A program made the translations under genes and the position numbers. From assembly GCA_965247115.1 (NCBI GenBank), contig CBDFGR010000003.1, forward strand, positions 128,001 through 192,000: a DNA stretch of 64,000 nt, in the 5' to 3' direction. Below the pieces are notes generated by a model. The model was not told the origin of the DNA. It searched no databases and saw nothing but the letters and a program-made list of their open reading frames with translations. The stretch is from Myxococcota bacterium (GTDB lineage Bacteria > Myxococcota_A > UBA9160 > SZUA-336). Of this stretch, positions 1 through 9,230 are shown piece by piece; the first letter of the stretch is position 1, and every line of letters begins with the position of its first letter.

Positions 1-966
1 CTCGACGATCTCAACGGGGTGGTGCCAGTCGGTGCTCTCCTCCTCGCCTCTGGCAGCACTGAGCCGCTGCATGAGCAGGGGCAGCAGCTCCGGGGCTCGC
101 TCCCAGCCCAGGAGCTCGATCAGCTCGAATGACTTGTTCCAGGCGTCAAACAGGTGGCCCCCCTCCGCATACAGTCGCTCGCAGGCCACCCCGAAGCCCA
201 GGTCGGCGAGCTCGGCGTGGGAAAGGCAGCGCAGCGCGGTCAGAACCGTGCGCTCGGCACCGTCTCGATGTCGGGTCATGACCCACTGGCGCAGCCACCC
301 CTTCAGAGCTTCGGCCGGGTGATCGTCCGCATCCAGCGGCTCGCGCTCGCGCCTCGGGACCGAGCCGCTCGTCTCTGCCGCGATCTGCCGGATCGCGTAC
401 AGGAGCGCCTGGTAGGCTGTCTCCCGCGTCAGATCGGGATACAGGTTCGCGACGCAGCTCAGCCGAACCATCCCTTCGGTCCAGCTGTTCAGGTTCGCGC
501 TCCCATAGCGCGCGACCTCGACCGCGATCCCGTCGAGATCCCCCCCGGAGTCGATCAGGCAGAGCAAGCTCTTGGCCTGCACGAGCGGGATGTTCTGCTC
601 CATTCCCAGGCGCAGGCGACGCCGGTGGTACGCGGCGTCACGCTGACGGAACGGCTCGCTTGCGACGTAGACCTCGTCTCTCTCGATCCGCGTCTCGAAA
701 CGCGGCACGTCGTCGGCCCAGAGGTCGAAGGTACAGCCGCTGCGCAGGTCGAAGCGCGCCTGATGCCAGTGACAGGTGAGGATGCCGTCCCGCACGGTCC
801 CCTGATCGAGTGGAAAGCCCATGTGCGGACATCGGTTGTCCACCGCCCACACATCCGCTCCGTCCGCGAAGACAGCGATCCGTTGGCGCCCCGCTCGCAC
901 CGTCACGGCACCCTGTGTCTCAAGCTCACGCAACGTGGCCACGCGTACGAAGTCGGGGCGGCTCAT
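1..966 (-). CDS. Rieske [2Fe-2S] domain protein with long helical C-terminal region (3' end runs off the window)
   Basis: Not in the ORF track; translated by hand from ATG at 966 (AGGAG RBS upstream): MSRPDFVRVATL...DNRCPHMGFPL...LTCHWHQARFDL, the CxH...CxxH Rieske ligand set. Confidence 0.85.
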   Translation of the reverse strand, partial: MSRPDFVRVATLRELETQGAVTVRAGRQRIAVFADGADVWAVDNRCPHMGFPLDQGTVRDGILTCHWHQARFDLRSGCTFDLWADDVPRFETRIERDEVYVASEPFRQRDAAYHRRRLRLGMEQNIPLVQAKSLLCLIDSGGDLDGIAVEVARYGSANLNSWTEGMVRLSCVANLYPDLTRETAYQALLYAIRQIAAETSGSVPRREREPLDADDHPAEALKGWLRQWVMTRHRDGAERTVLTALRCLSHAELADLGFGVACERLYAEGGHLFDAWNKSFELIELLGWERAPELLPLLMQRLSAARGEEESTDWHHPVEIVE

Positions 967-977
967 TGGAGCTCCTT

Positions 978-1001
978 TTTATAAAGATATCACTTTATAA
1001 A
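978..1001. promoter_or_regulatory. Perfect AT-rich palindrome TTTATAAAG-N6-CTTTATAAA, probable repressor operator
   Basis: 9-bp perfect inverted repeat immediately upstream of the Rieske gene RBS, in a GC-rich background. Confidence 0.65.
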
Positions 1002-1121
1002 CACTAGCGTGACGCTTTCTTGAACTCGGGTCAAGCAGAAACCACCCAGTGTTTGACGCGATTTTCGGGGACGCCGCGCTTTTCAACGGGGTAGTCGAGT
1101 CTGGGACTATACTCGTCTTCG

Positions 1122-1490
1122 ATGGACCACCCGCAGCGAAAGACTACGAAGTCGCACGTCGCGCGCCTGCGCAAGCTCTGTCTGCGCTACCCGGAGGCGG
1201 TCGAGGTGGAGCAGTTCGGCGGGCCGTGGTGGAAGGCGGGAAAGAAGTCCTTCTGCATCTACGGTGCCGACGGCGGCCGCTCCGGCGCAGCCTTCAATCT
1301 GTCCGCCATGGATCAGGTACTCCTCATCGAGGACCCGCGCTTCTCGAAAACTCGCCACCTGGGGCAACACGGTTGGACGACCATGCAGTTCGATGGGGCG
1401 GTGGACTGGGAAGAGGTCGAGGAGCTGATCGACGTTGCGTATCGGCGGGTGGCGCTGAAACGCATGCTCAGGGCGCTCGACGGCGCCTGA
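1122..1490 (+). CDS. MmcQ/YjbR family protein
   Basis: LRKLCLRYPEAVE...FGGPWWKAGKKSF...HLGQHGW...VDWEEVEELIDVAYRRVA pattern. Confidence 0.8.
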   Translation: MDHPQRKTTKSHVARLRKLCLRYPEAVEVEQFGGPWWKAGKKSFCIYGADGGRSGAAFNLSAMDQVLLIEDPRFSKTRHLGQHGWTTMQFDGAVDWEEVEELIDVAYRRVALKRMLRALDGA

Positions 1491-1503
1491 CGGAGGTTAC
1501 GCC

Positions 1504-2145
1504 ATGCTGAAATTTGTCTTTTTCGTGAAGCGCGCCGACCACGTCACACACGACGAGCTGGTCGGGCACTGGCAAGAGGTCCACCTGCCCGGCGTCTCGG
1601 AGCACCTGCGTCCGGACCACTACCGCGTGACTCTCTTCGACCAGAGGGCCGAGACTCCCTTCGATGGGATGGCGGCGCTCTGGTACGCCGACGCGGAGCG
1701 CGGCCGTCACATGCTGGGCGAAGGCTCGCCTGTAGCCGTCCGCGACGACGGCTTCCTCGAGCGCGTCCAGACGCCGCTCGTCTCGCTCGAGTGCGAAGAG
1801 CACCTGATCGTCGATGGCCCCCGACCCGAGGAGGCACTCAAAGTCACAGGCCTGGTCAGCGCGAAGTCGGGTATCGACCGCCAGGACATCTACCAGCACT
1901 GGCTGGACGTGCACGCGCCGAACGTGGCGAGAGAGCTTCGGTCCACTGCAGGCGGCCTGCGCTATGCGGTGTCGTTCGCGACGCAAGGGCCGAGTGAGCC
2001 GGAGTTCGCGGGTATGGCGGAGCTGTGGTACCAGAGCGCTGACGCCTCGCGCGCTCATGCAGAGAAGCTCGAGGACGACGGTTTCGGCCGCTATACGGGC
2101 GCGGCCACCATGCTCATCGGGCGAGAGATCGTCGGGGTCGCCTGA
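1504..2145 (+). CDS. Tandem EthD-domain (dimeric alpha/beta barrel) protein
   Basis: Two repeats of HWxxVHxP ... F(D/A)GMAxLWY; GGAGG RBS. Confidence 0.8.
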   Translation: MLKFVFFVKRADHVTHDELVGHWQEVHLPGVSEHLRPDHYRVTLFDQRAETPFDGMAALWYADAERGRHMLGEGSPVAVRDDGFLERVQTPLVSLECEEHLIVDGPRPEEALKVTGLVSAKSGIDRQDIYQHWLDVHAPNVARELRSTAGGLRYAVSFATQGPSEPEFAGMAELWYQSADASRAHAEKLEDDGFGRYTGAATMLIGREIVGVA

Positions 2146-2188
2146 CTCGCCTCACTCCAACGCGGAGCACAGTGATACACTCGGATGC

Positions 2189-2602
2189 ATGATGAATGAA
2201 CAGGAACGTGAGGCGTTCTTGAAGGAGACACGCCTGGGAGTTCTCAGCACGCTGGACGAAGGGCGTCTTCCCGTTTCCGTGCCGGTCTGGTTCGAATGGG
2301 ACGGCCAGGTCGTCCGGATGTTCTCGGGCAATGACACCCCGAAGGTGAGGCGTCTCCAAGCAGACCCTCGAGGATCGCTACTGGTGGTGAATCACCTTCG
2401 CGAGCAGGAATCGTGGCTCGCGTTCGACGGCGAGATCGCGATCAGCGACGAGGGCGGATTGGCCCTGGCGGAGCGGATCGCACCGAAGTACTGGGACCTG
2501 AGCGATCCCGCGCGGGCCAACATGCTAGAGGAATGGCGGAAGAGCCCCGAAGCCTTCTGCTTGCTCACGCTCACGCCTTCGCGCGTACGGACGGGCAGCT
2601 GA
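2189..2602 (+). CDS. Pyridoxamine 5'-phosphate oxidase-like (PPOX class, flavin/F420-binding) protein
   Basis: MMNEQEREAFL...GVLST...PVSVPVWF...KVRRLQADPR; start trimmed from the 1814 ORF. Confidence 0.8.
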   Translation: MMNEQEREAFLKETRLGVLSTLDEGRLPVSVPVWFEWDGQVVRMFSGNDTPKVRRLQADPRGSLLVVNHLREQESWLAFDGEIAISDEGGLALAERIAPKYWDLSDPARANMLEEWRKSPEAFCLLTLTPSRVRTGS

Positions 2603-2619
2603 ATCCATAGCCTTGCAAG

Positions 2620-5559
2620 GTGGAGAGTTCGGCGATCAGAGCGGTCGAAGAACGACTCGAGCTGACCGGCCTCGGAGCGGAGCTTCGCGCCGCCTGCGGG
2701 GTCGGGCCGGAGCCTCGGGCCGCGCTCCAGCGGGCAGGCGCCGTGCTGAGCGCCGCGGCCGAAGCGGATCCGTCGCGCTTGACCACGGCCTGGCAGCGCG
2801 ACGGGGCCGGGCTGGCCCGCGCGCTCTGCATTCCAGCCGGCATCGCACCCTTTCTCGTCCGCTACCTGGTCCGCTACCCTGGCTGGCTCTTCACGCTCGC
2901 TGAAGACGACCTCCGCGCGGCGCGTTCGACCGCCGACTACGAGACCGGCCTCGACGGGGCCCTTGCCGGAGTCTCGCCCCAAGAGGAGGACGACGCGCTC
3001 CGACGCTACAAGTACCTCGAGCTGGCGCGAATCACCCTGCGCGACGGATCGGACGACCTCGTACCGCAGGAAGCCGTGGGCGAGACCCTGGCAGAGCTGT
3101 CGCACCTTGCAGATGCTCTGCTCTCGCGGGCGCTGGAGGTCGCAGGACGCAGCCTTGCTAGCCGGCTGGGAGCGCCGCACTGGGAGGGAGCCGGTGGCGA
3201 AGAGGTCTCCCCCCGGTTCTGCGTGCTCGGACTCGGCAAGCTCGGCTCCGAGGAGCTGAACTATTCCTCCGACGTCGATCTTGTCTACGTGTTCGAGGCC
3301 GAGCCGATTTCCGCGGGGGTGCGCGATGGCCCCTCCGAGCTCGGGCCGCAGGAGTACTTCACCCGCCTCGCACACGAGTTCGGACGGCGCGTCGCGACCG
3401 CGACCTCAGAGGGATTCCTGTACAGAGTGGACCTCGGCCTGCGACCCGAAGGTGCCCAGGGGACGCTCGTCGTGTCCGGCGACTGGCTTGCGAGCTATTG
3501 CGACAGCTGGGCCGCGACCTGGGAGCTGGCCGCCTGGATGAAAGCTCGCCCCGTTGCGGGGGATCTCCGCTTTGGGTGGGACGTGATCCGCTCGCTCGCT
3601 CCCATGCTCTACCGCTCGGCAGTGGACTATGCGGGGGTCGAGGGCATCAAGTCGATGAAGAGGCGAATCGAGCGCGAGATGGAGCGCCGTGGCGAAGACT
3701 TCGATGTCAAGCTCGGGCAGGGCGGAATTCGCGACGTCGAGTTCGTGGCGCAGGCGCTGCAGCTCCTGCACGGCGGGCGCATTCCTCAGGTACGCGGGCG
3801 CTCGACGCAGAGCGCGCTCGTGTCGCTCGCAGAGTGCGGCGCGCTCGAGCGAGAGCAGGCAGAGGGTCTGCTCAGCTCGTACCGTTTCCTGCGACGCGTT
3901 GAGAATCGCCTGCAGATGCGCGAAGAGCGGCAGACGCATCGGCTTCCGCTTCAGGCAGAGGCCCGCGAGCGTCTGGCCCGCTCGCTCGGCTACGCAGGAC
4001 GCGACGGCGTCGCGGCTTTCGATACGGATCTCCAGAGCCAGCGCGAGCGTGTGCGCGGGATCTTCGACCAGCTCCTCTCGGAGGAGGGCAGCGATCGTGT
4101 CCTGCCGCTCTTTGCCCGAGGAGCCGCGCGGCTGCTGGCGATCCCCTCCACGCGCACGATGGTCGAGGATCTTGCCCAGCGCTTCGCTCGCGAGATCGAC
4201 ACGTCTGCCGATCCCGAGCTCGCCCTGAACAACCTCGATCGCTTCATCCAGGGAATCGGCACCCACCCGTCGTACTACGGTCTGCTCCTCGATCGCCCCG
4301 AGCTTGTTCCGCGGCTCGCGCGGCTCTTCGGCGCGTCCAGGTACCTGTCCATGTTCTTCGCTCGGCACCCGGACCTGATCGAACCGGTATTCCGAGATCC
4401 GGACACCCTGCTGCCTGCAAAGCAGGTCCTGCGCGACGACGCGGCGCAGATCCGCTTGCAGCTTGCGGAGCAAGGCCGCTTCGACGCGACTGCCGCCGAG
4501 TTCGCCGCGCTGCGTTTCTTCTACCACCGAGGCGTCGTGAACGTGGCGCTGCTCGACCTCGACGCAAAGATCACACGACCCGAGGCGGAGGTGGCTCTCA
4601 GCGAGATCGCCGACGTCTGCCTGGAGCGAGCCCTCGCACTTGCGCAGGAGCAGGTTCGAGCCTCGCTGGGGGGCCCGGTCACGGCGGCGGATTTTCTGGT
4701 CGTGGGTATGGGCAAACTCGGCAGTCGCGAACTCAGCTACGGCAGCGATCTCGACGTGATCTTCCTCTACGACCTCGAAGCCGGCGATGATGCCGCGTTG
4801 CTCGAGGCGCAGGGGTCTTCGGTTCAACTCGCGCAGAGGCTCATCGGCGCGCTGCAGACTCGCACAGCAGAGGGCACCTGCTACGAGGTGGACGCGCGCC
4901 TGCGACCATCGGGAAGACAGGGCACTCTGGTTACCTCGCGTGCCTCATTCCGGAGCTACCACGAGACCAGCGCGGTGTGGGAGCGCCAGTCGCTCCTGCG
5001 GGCGCGCTCGGTGGCCGGGAGTCCGACGCTTGCCGCGCGCTTCGAGGAGATCAGGCAAGAGATCCTCCGCCGGCCGCCCCGCGCTGACATCGCCGTAGAG
5101 ATCCACCGCTCCCGCTCGCGAATTGAGCGCGAGCTGGCGCAGGAGCGACGCGGGCGCTACGACCTGAAGACGGGTCGCGGGGGCCTCCTCGACGTGGAGG
5201 ACGTCGTCCAGTACTTGCAGCTTCGGAACGGCGCGGCGTATCCGCAGCTGTTCGACCCGGAGTCGATCGTGACGCAGCTGGGTCGGATCGAGGCACTGGG
5301 CCTGATCGGAGCTGAGCCGGCCGCGCGACTGCGCGAGGGGTGGGAGTTCCTCCAGCGACTGTCGAGCCGCCTCCGGATCGTCGAGAACCGCTCGATCTCC
5401 AACCTGGACGAGGACCGAGGGGACCTGGAGGCGGTGACGCGCGCCCTCGGGTATTCCGATTCCGGCCGGTCGGGCAGCTCCCGACGGCAGCTGCTGGACG
5501 ACTACCGACGTCACACCGAAGCGATACGCGCTGTCTACCTCGAGGTCCTGGCAGTCTGA
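2620..5559 (+). CDS. glnE: Bifunctional glutamine synthetase adenylyltransferase/deadenylylase
   Basis: Two nucleotidyltransferase motifs (GKLGSEELNYSSDVDL; GKLGSRELSYGSDLDV), VDxxLRP and KxGxGGxxDVE motifs, 979 aa. Confidence 0.95.
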   Translation: MESSAIRAVEERLELTGLGAELRAACGVGPEPRAALQRAGAVLSAAAEADPSRLTTAWQRDGAGLARALCIPAGIAPFLVRYLVRYPGWLFTLAEDDLRAARSTADYETGLDGALAGVSPQEEDDALRRYKYLELARITLRDGSDDLVPQEAVGETLAELSHLADALLSRALEVAGRSLASRLGAPHWEGAGGEEVSPRFCVLGLGKLGSEELNYSSDVDLVYVFEAEPISAGVRDGPSELGPQEYFTRLAHEFGRRVATATSEGFLYRVDLGLRPEGAQGTLVVSGDWLASYCDSWAATWELAAWMKARPVAGDLRFGWDVIRSLAPMLYRSAVDYAGVEGIKSMKRRIEREMERRGEDFDVKLGQGGIRDVEFVAQALQLLHGGRIPQVRGRSTQSALVSLAECGALEREQAEGLLSSYRFLRRVENRLQMREERQTHRLPLQAEARERLARSLGYAGRDGVAAFDTDLQSQRERVRGIFDQLLSEEGSDRVLPLFARGAARLLAIPSTRTMVEDLAQRFAREIDTSADPELALNNLDRFIQGIGTHPSYYGLLLDRPELVPRLARLFGASRYLSMFFARHPDLIEPVFRDPDTLLPAKQVLRDDAAQIRLQLAEQGRFDATAAEFAALRFFYHRGVVNVALLDLDAKITRPEAEVALSEIADVCLERALALAQEQVRASLGGPVTAADFLVVGMGKLGSRELSYGSDLDVIFLYDLEAGDDAALLEAQGSSVQLAQRLIGALQTRTAEGTCYEVDARLRPSGRQGTLVTSRASFRSYHETSAVWERQSLLRARSVAGSPTLAARFEEIRQEILRRPPRADIAVEIHRSRSRIERELAQERRGRYDLKTGRGGLLDVEDVVQYLQLRNGAAYPQLFDPESIVTQLGRIEALGLIGAEPAARLREGWEFLQRLSSRLRIVENRSISNLDEDRGDLEAVTRALGYSDSGRSGSSRRQLLDDYRRHTEAIRAVYLEVLAV

Positions 5560-5727
5560 AGGCACGGCCCGGGCCGGCGCCATCGCAACCCAAGCTGGCG
5601 ACTCCAGAACTTATGTGTGTCGGTAGGTTCGAGACCAACTGTCATCCGATTCATGCGAGTTCCGCTGGGCGGATTCATGCGCCCGTTGACATCGGCCGTC
5701 GTGTTTCAAGTATGCTGGATAATTCCG

Positions 5728-6840
5728 ATGTGCCTGTCCGACTCCCAGGCTCGCTGGATCGCTCCGTTCCTGCTTTGGGCCGCTCTTCTGAGCTGCTCCG
5801 CTGCCCAGCACGGCTTTCGCCTGGCTGAGTACGAGGGACAAGTCCTCGTTGCGACGGAGGGTCGAGGAGCCGCACGCGTCCGGGTCGAAGCGGACTACGA
5901 CTCTACGATCGACGAGTGGATCTTCCAGCACGGTAGGCCCGACTACGTCCACGTGGAATCCGGAGACAAGGTGGAGTTCTGCTACCTCGCTCAGGATCGA
6001 GCCATCGTCTTCACGCGACTTGGCTGGCGCAGGCGGAGCAGCGTGGAGATCGTCCGACCCGTTCCAGATCGTCTAGCCAGGTTCTTTGTCGGACAGGATC
6101 GAGAACGCCTTCGTTCTTCACGCGAAGTGGCGTCGGGACATGGCGGCATGATCTACGCGACGACTACCGCGAACATCCGCGAGGGCCCGGGCCTGAGCTA
6201 TCCCGTTGTCGCAAGAGCAGTGCCCGCTCAGGCGCTTGCCTACCGCTATCAACAGGCGGAGTGGTACAGGCTGGCTCGCCATGGCTGGATACACAGATCC
6301 GTGGTTTCCCGGACTGTACAAACCCCGCCAGACTACGAGATTGCGGCCGTGGAGGACACGAGCATCGGCAGCGTCAAGCGCCTGCAATACCGCGTCAGGC
6401 TGTCACGTGGCGCATCGGAGCAAGAGTTGACGACGATCAGTGAGTCGATCATCAAAGCAGCGCCTCCGCAGAACGGGCTGGACATCCTCTACTATCTTCC
6501 CGAGTCGTCGGTGGATGGCGGCTACACCGCGGGCAAGGCCGACTGGTGGCCCTACGGAGAAGTCGCAGATGCGGCGGGCGGACGCACGGGGGACTATTCG
6601 CTCCACCAGCTCGAGATTCAGACCGGTAGCTTCGCAGGCCCCATCCCCGAGCCGAAGGTCTCTGCAACACTGCCGCTGTCAGTGCGACAGGAGATCTTCT
6701 TCCATGCGGTCCAGCTGGAAGATCGTGGCTACAACCGAGAACAGGTGCACCAGGCCCTCGGGTCGAGCTATCAGATTAGCCCGGAAGCTACCGACGAGAT
6801 CCTCCTTCAGGGCGCCGTGAGTGGTTGGCCGATGCCTTAG
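5728..6840 (+). CDS. Putative lipoprotein with central bacterial SH3 domain
   Basis: Hydrophobic N-terminus ending LLSC; ANIREGPGLSYPVV...WY...GWI SH3b motif. Start uncertain. Confidence 0.6.
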   Translation: MCLSDSQARWIAPFLLWAALLSCSAAQHGFRLAEYEGQVLVATEGRGAARVRVEADYDSTIDEWIFQHGRPDYVHVESGDKVEFCYLAQDRAIVFTRLGWRRRSSVEIVRPVPDRLARFFVGQDRERLRSSREVASGHGGMIYATTTANIREGPGLSYPVVARAVPAQALAYRYQQAEWYRLARHGWIHRSVVSRTVQTPPDYEIAAVEDTSIGSVKRLQYRVRLSRGASEQELTTISESIIKAAPPQNGLDILYYLPESSVDGGYTAGKADWWPYGEVADAAGGRTGDYSLHQLEIQTGSFAGPIPEPKVSATLPLSVRQEIFFHAVQLEDRGYNREQVHQALGSSYQISPEATDEILLQGAVSGWPMP

Positions 6841-6874
6841 GTCCGGCTCCAAACGCGTCTAGAGGTCGCCCACG

Positions 6875-7369
6875 ATGGATACGCCAGAGATCTTCCGACT
6901 ACAGTTCCTTCTCAGCCTTGTTGTTTGGACCGTGATTGCCAGGTCGCTGGTGGGTCCCTGGTTGAACGGCATGGCACGCGACCGGGCTCTCCTCTGGCTC
7001 ACCCTGCCGCATGCGTTTCGCCACATAGGAATGGTGTTCCTTGTCCCTGGCGTCGTAGCCCAACCGCTGCCAGCCGACTTCTCCGTTCCTGCAGCGTATG
7101 GGGACTTGCTTGCGGGTGTGCTCGCGTTGGTGGCCCTCATCGCACTTCGGGCTCGCTGGGCGGGCGCCGTGGCACTGGTCTGGCTCTTCAACCTCGTCGG
7201 CACGGTGGATCTGTTGAATGCCCTGCGCCATCGAGGCGTTGCGGCAGACTTTGGGGCGGCGTGGTTCATTCCCACGTTTCTCGTTCCCCTGCTCCTGGTG
7301 ACCCACTTCATGATCTTTGTGCGGCTCCTCCGAAGAGAGCGTGGGACCACGCGGATGGACGCACCCTGA
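6875..7369 (+). CDS. Hypothetical integral membrane protein
   Basis: About 5 hydrophobic segments; PHAFRHIG, AYGDL and IPTFLVPLLLVTH motifs. Confidence 0.75.
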   Translation: MDTPEIFRLQFLLSLVVWTVIARSLVGPWLNGMARDRALLWLTLPHAFRHIGMVFLVPGVVAQPLPADFSVPAAYGDLLAGVLALVALIALRARWAGAVALVWLFNLVGTVDLLNALRHRGVAADFGAAWFIPTFLVPLLLVTHFMIFVRLLRRERGTTRMDAP

Positions 7370-7408
7370 TAGGCTGAACGCGGCTGCCCGAGTCGGAGGT
7401 TTCGTCCC

Positions 7409-7876
7409 ATGGATCGTCCCAAGCCCGGCATCGCTCTCACAATCGCGGCCCTGTTCTTCGTCGTCATCGCCGTGGAGAGCGTTCTCAAGCCGTTCGAAAC
7501 GCGGCCGGGCATGGGATTCATGCTGCTCGGGTTTCGCACGGATGGACTTCTGGAGGCGATCGTCGCCCGTGTGCACGCGGCCCTCATGCTCGCGATCGCC
7601 TATGGCATCTGGCGGCTCAGGCGCTACGCCCTCTACTCCCTGCTGGTCTACGCACCGTACGTACTGTTGAATATCATCCTGTTCTCCTTGCGCTACGACT
7701 GGCCCGATCTTCAAGGCGGAGGTCCAACCGGGATCCTAGGAACCGGGATCTTTGGGCTGCCCTCTCCGGGCGACATCCCCGGTCCCGTGTTCGCGGTCAG
7801 CTACGCGCTCTTCGCCGTCGGCATGCCCTGCGTAATCGCCTATCTGCTGTTCCGGCGTCGTCCCGAATTGAGCTGA
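7409..7876 (+). CDS. Hypothetical membrane protein (about 4 TM)
   Basis: GGAGG RBS, alternating hydrophobic stretches. Confidence 0.7.
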   Translation: MDRPKPGIALTIAALFFVVIAVESVLKPFETRPGMGFMLLGFRTDGLLEAIVARVHAALMLAIAYGIWRLRRYALYSLLVYAPYVLLNIILFSLRYDWPDLQGGGPTGILGTGIFGLPSPGDIPGPVFAVSYALFAVGMPCVIAYLLFRRRPELS

Positions 7877-7995
7877 GCTCGTACCAGCGGATCGACAACC
7901 CCTCGATACGCAGACAGTGCGATCGCAACGGATTGGTCCGTCGTTGCCTCGACTCCTTCTCAGAGTGGGTTCGGCGCTAAGAGAGGTATTGCGTC

Positions 7996-8844
7996 TCAGT
8001 CCACGACTTTGAACACCTGCTCCAAAGAGCGACGGAGAAGGATCTGTTCGACCATCTCAACGCGGAGCCGGCCATCCGGGAGGCGGATCACCTCTCGGGA
8101 GAACTCCGAGCTATCAACCGGGATGTCGTCGCCCCGAAACCCGAAGAAGAACAAGGGGTGAGCGCCAGCTGGGCCATCGCTCAGGTATGTGTTGATCCTC
8201 AGGCCCCCTCCGGGAAATTCGGCCGGGTCATCATCTATTCGGTCACCAAGAACTTCGTCGCCCGTAGCCTCCACCCGAAACCTGAACCCGTCGGTACCCT
8301 CGACCCGGATTTTTACACTAACCTCCCCCTCGCTCTGCTTGACCGTCCATCTGAACTCGCCGTCCCGAGCCACGTCCGACCCGAATACGTCGTTGAAAAC
8401 GTCCGGGTCGGTTGTGTAGAGCGCAAGGACCGCGAACTCTGCCTGATCGGGATCGGTGGTGGTGTTATTTACGAATGCCGTCACGCTCGATGTCGAGATG
8501 GAACCAAAGAGCATGCCGTCGTCCCGCTCTTCGATGCGCTCGATGGTGGCCAAGACGAAGACCCGCGAGAGGCCCGGGAAGCCTGGAGCCTCGAAGGCCT
8601 CGTACCCGCCGCCTGTGAGATTGTCGAGCAGCGCCTGAAGGTCGGACGTCGGGACGAACAGGTCCGTGCGGATCCTCCAATGCGAGAAGTCGCGCAGCTC
8701 TGGATCCAGCAGGTCCGGAGACATGAACTTGGCGTGCATGGGCGGCGGCCCTGCCTGTGCCCAGATACTCCTGCCTGTGCCAAACGAGAACACCAAGGAG
8801 AGAACTGCAACTAAGCCAGAAGCAATCGGTCGTGAGTTCGACAA
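7996..8844 (-). CDS. Hypothetical secreted beta-rich protein
   Basis: TTG start at 8844 with AGGAG 7 nt upstream, signal-peptide-like N-terminus (..SIWAQAG), beta-strand-like mature region. Confidence 0.6.
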   Translation of the reverse strand: MSNSRPIASGLVAVLSLVFSFGTGRSIWAQAGPPPMHAKFMSPDLLDPELRDFSHWRIRTDLFVPTSDLQALLDNLTGGGYEAFEAPGFPGLSRVFVLATIERIEERDDGMLFGSISTSSVTAFVNNTTTDPDQAEFAVLALYTTDPDVFNDVFGSDVARDGEFRWTVKQSEGEVSVKIRVEGTDGFRFRVEATGDEVLGDRIDDDPAEFPGGGLRINTYLSDGPAGAHPLFFFGFRGDDIPVDSSEFSREVIRLPDGRLRVEMVEQILLRRSLEQVFKVVD

Positions 8845-9230
8845 CGGGGATCTCCTCTGTGGATGAAAATCGAGCTTATCAGCCCAAGAGCGAATGTGCG
8901 GGGGGAAAAGGCTACTGGGCGTTCGGCAACTTCCCCCGTCACCGCAGGCTGTCCCACCCGCTGCACTGGGGGCAGGGTACGACGACAAACCTTCAGAGAT
9001 CCTTGTCGCTCGCGTGAACTTCTTCACGATCGGGCGGCTGTTCCCCTACGTGCTGCGTCCTACGGCCCAACCAAGACGACAACCAAAATACGAAACGCTG
9101 GCATGCGGCCTGCTCGTCGAGGCCGAGCGCCCAGGCATAGGTAGTAACGCCGAACGCACTGACCAATCGATCGCCGGGCCGATTGGCTCCGAATCCGGCT
9201 AGAACCTAGGATTCGGTAGCTTCCCAGACC

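Noticed and set aside
154..984. 276-aa plus-strand ORF and the many other long antisense ORFs (e.g. 3406-4827, 18056-19624, 46801-48666, 48793-50154)
   Set aside because: Shadow frames of well-supported genes on the opposite strand, expected at this GC content; no recognisable motifs.
1020..1034. FNR-like TTGA...TCAA box
   Set aside because: Spacer is 7 nt instead of 6 and the inner T/A positions do not match.
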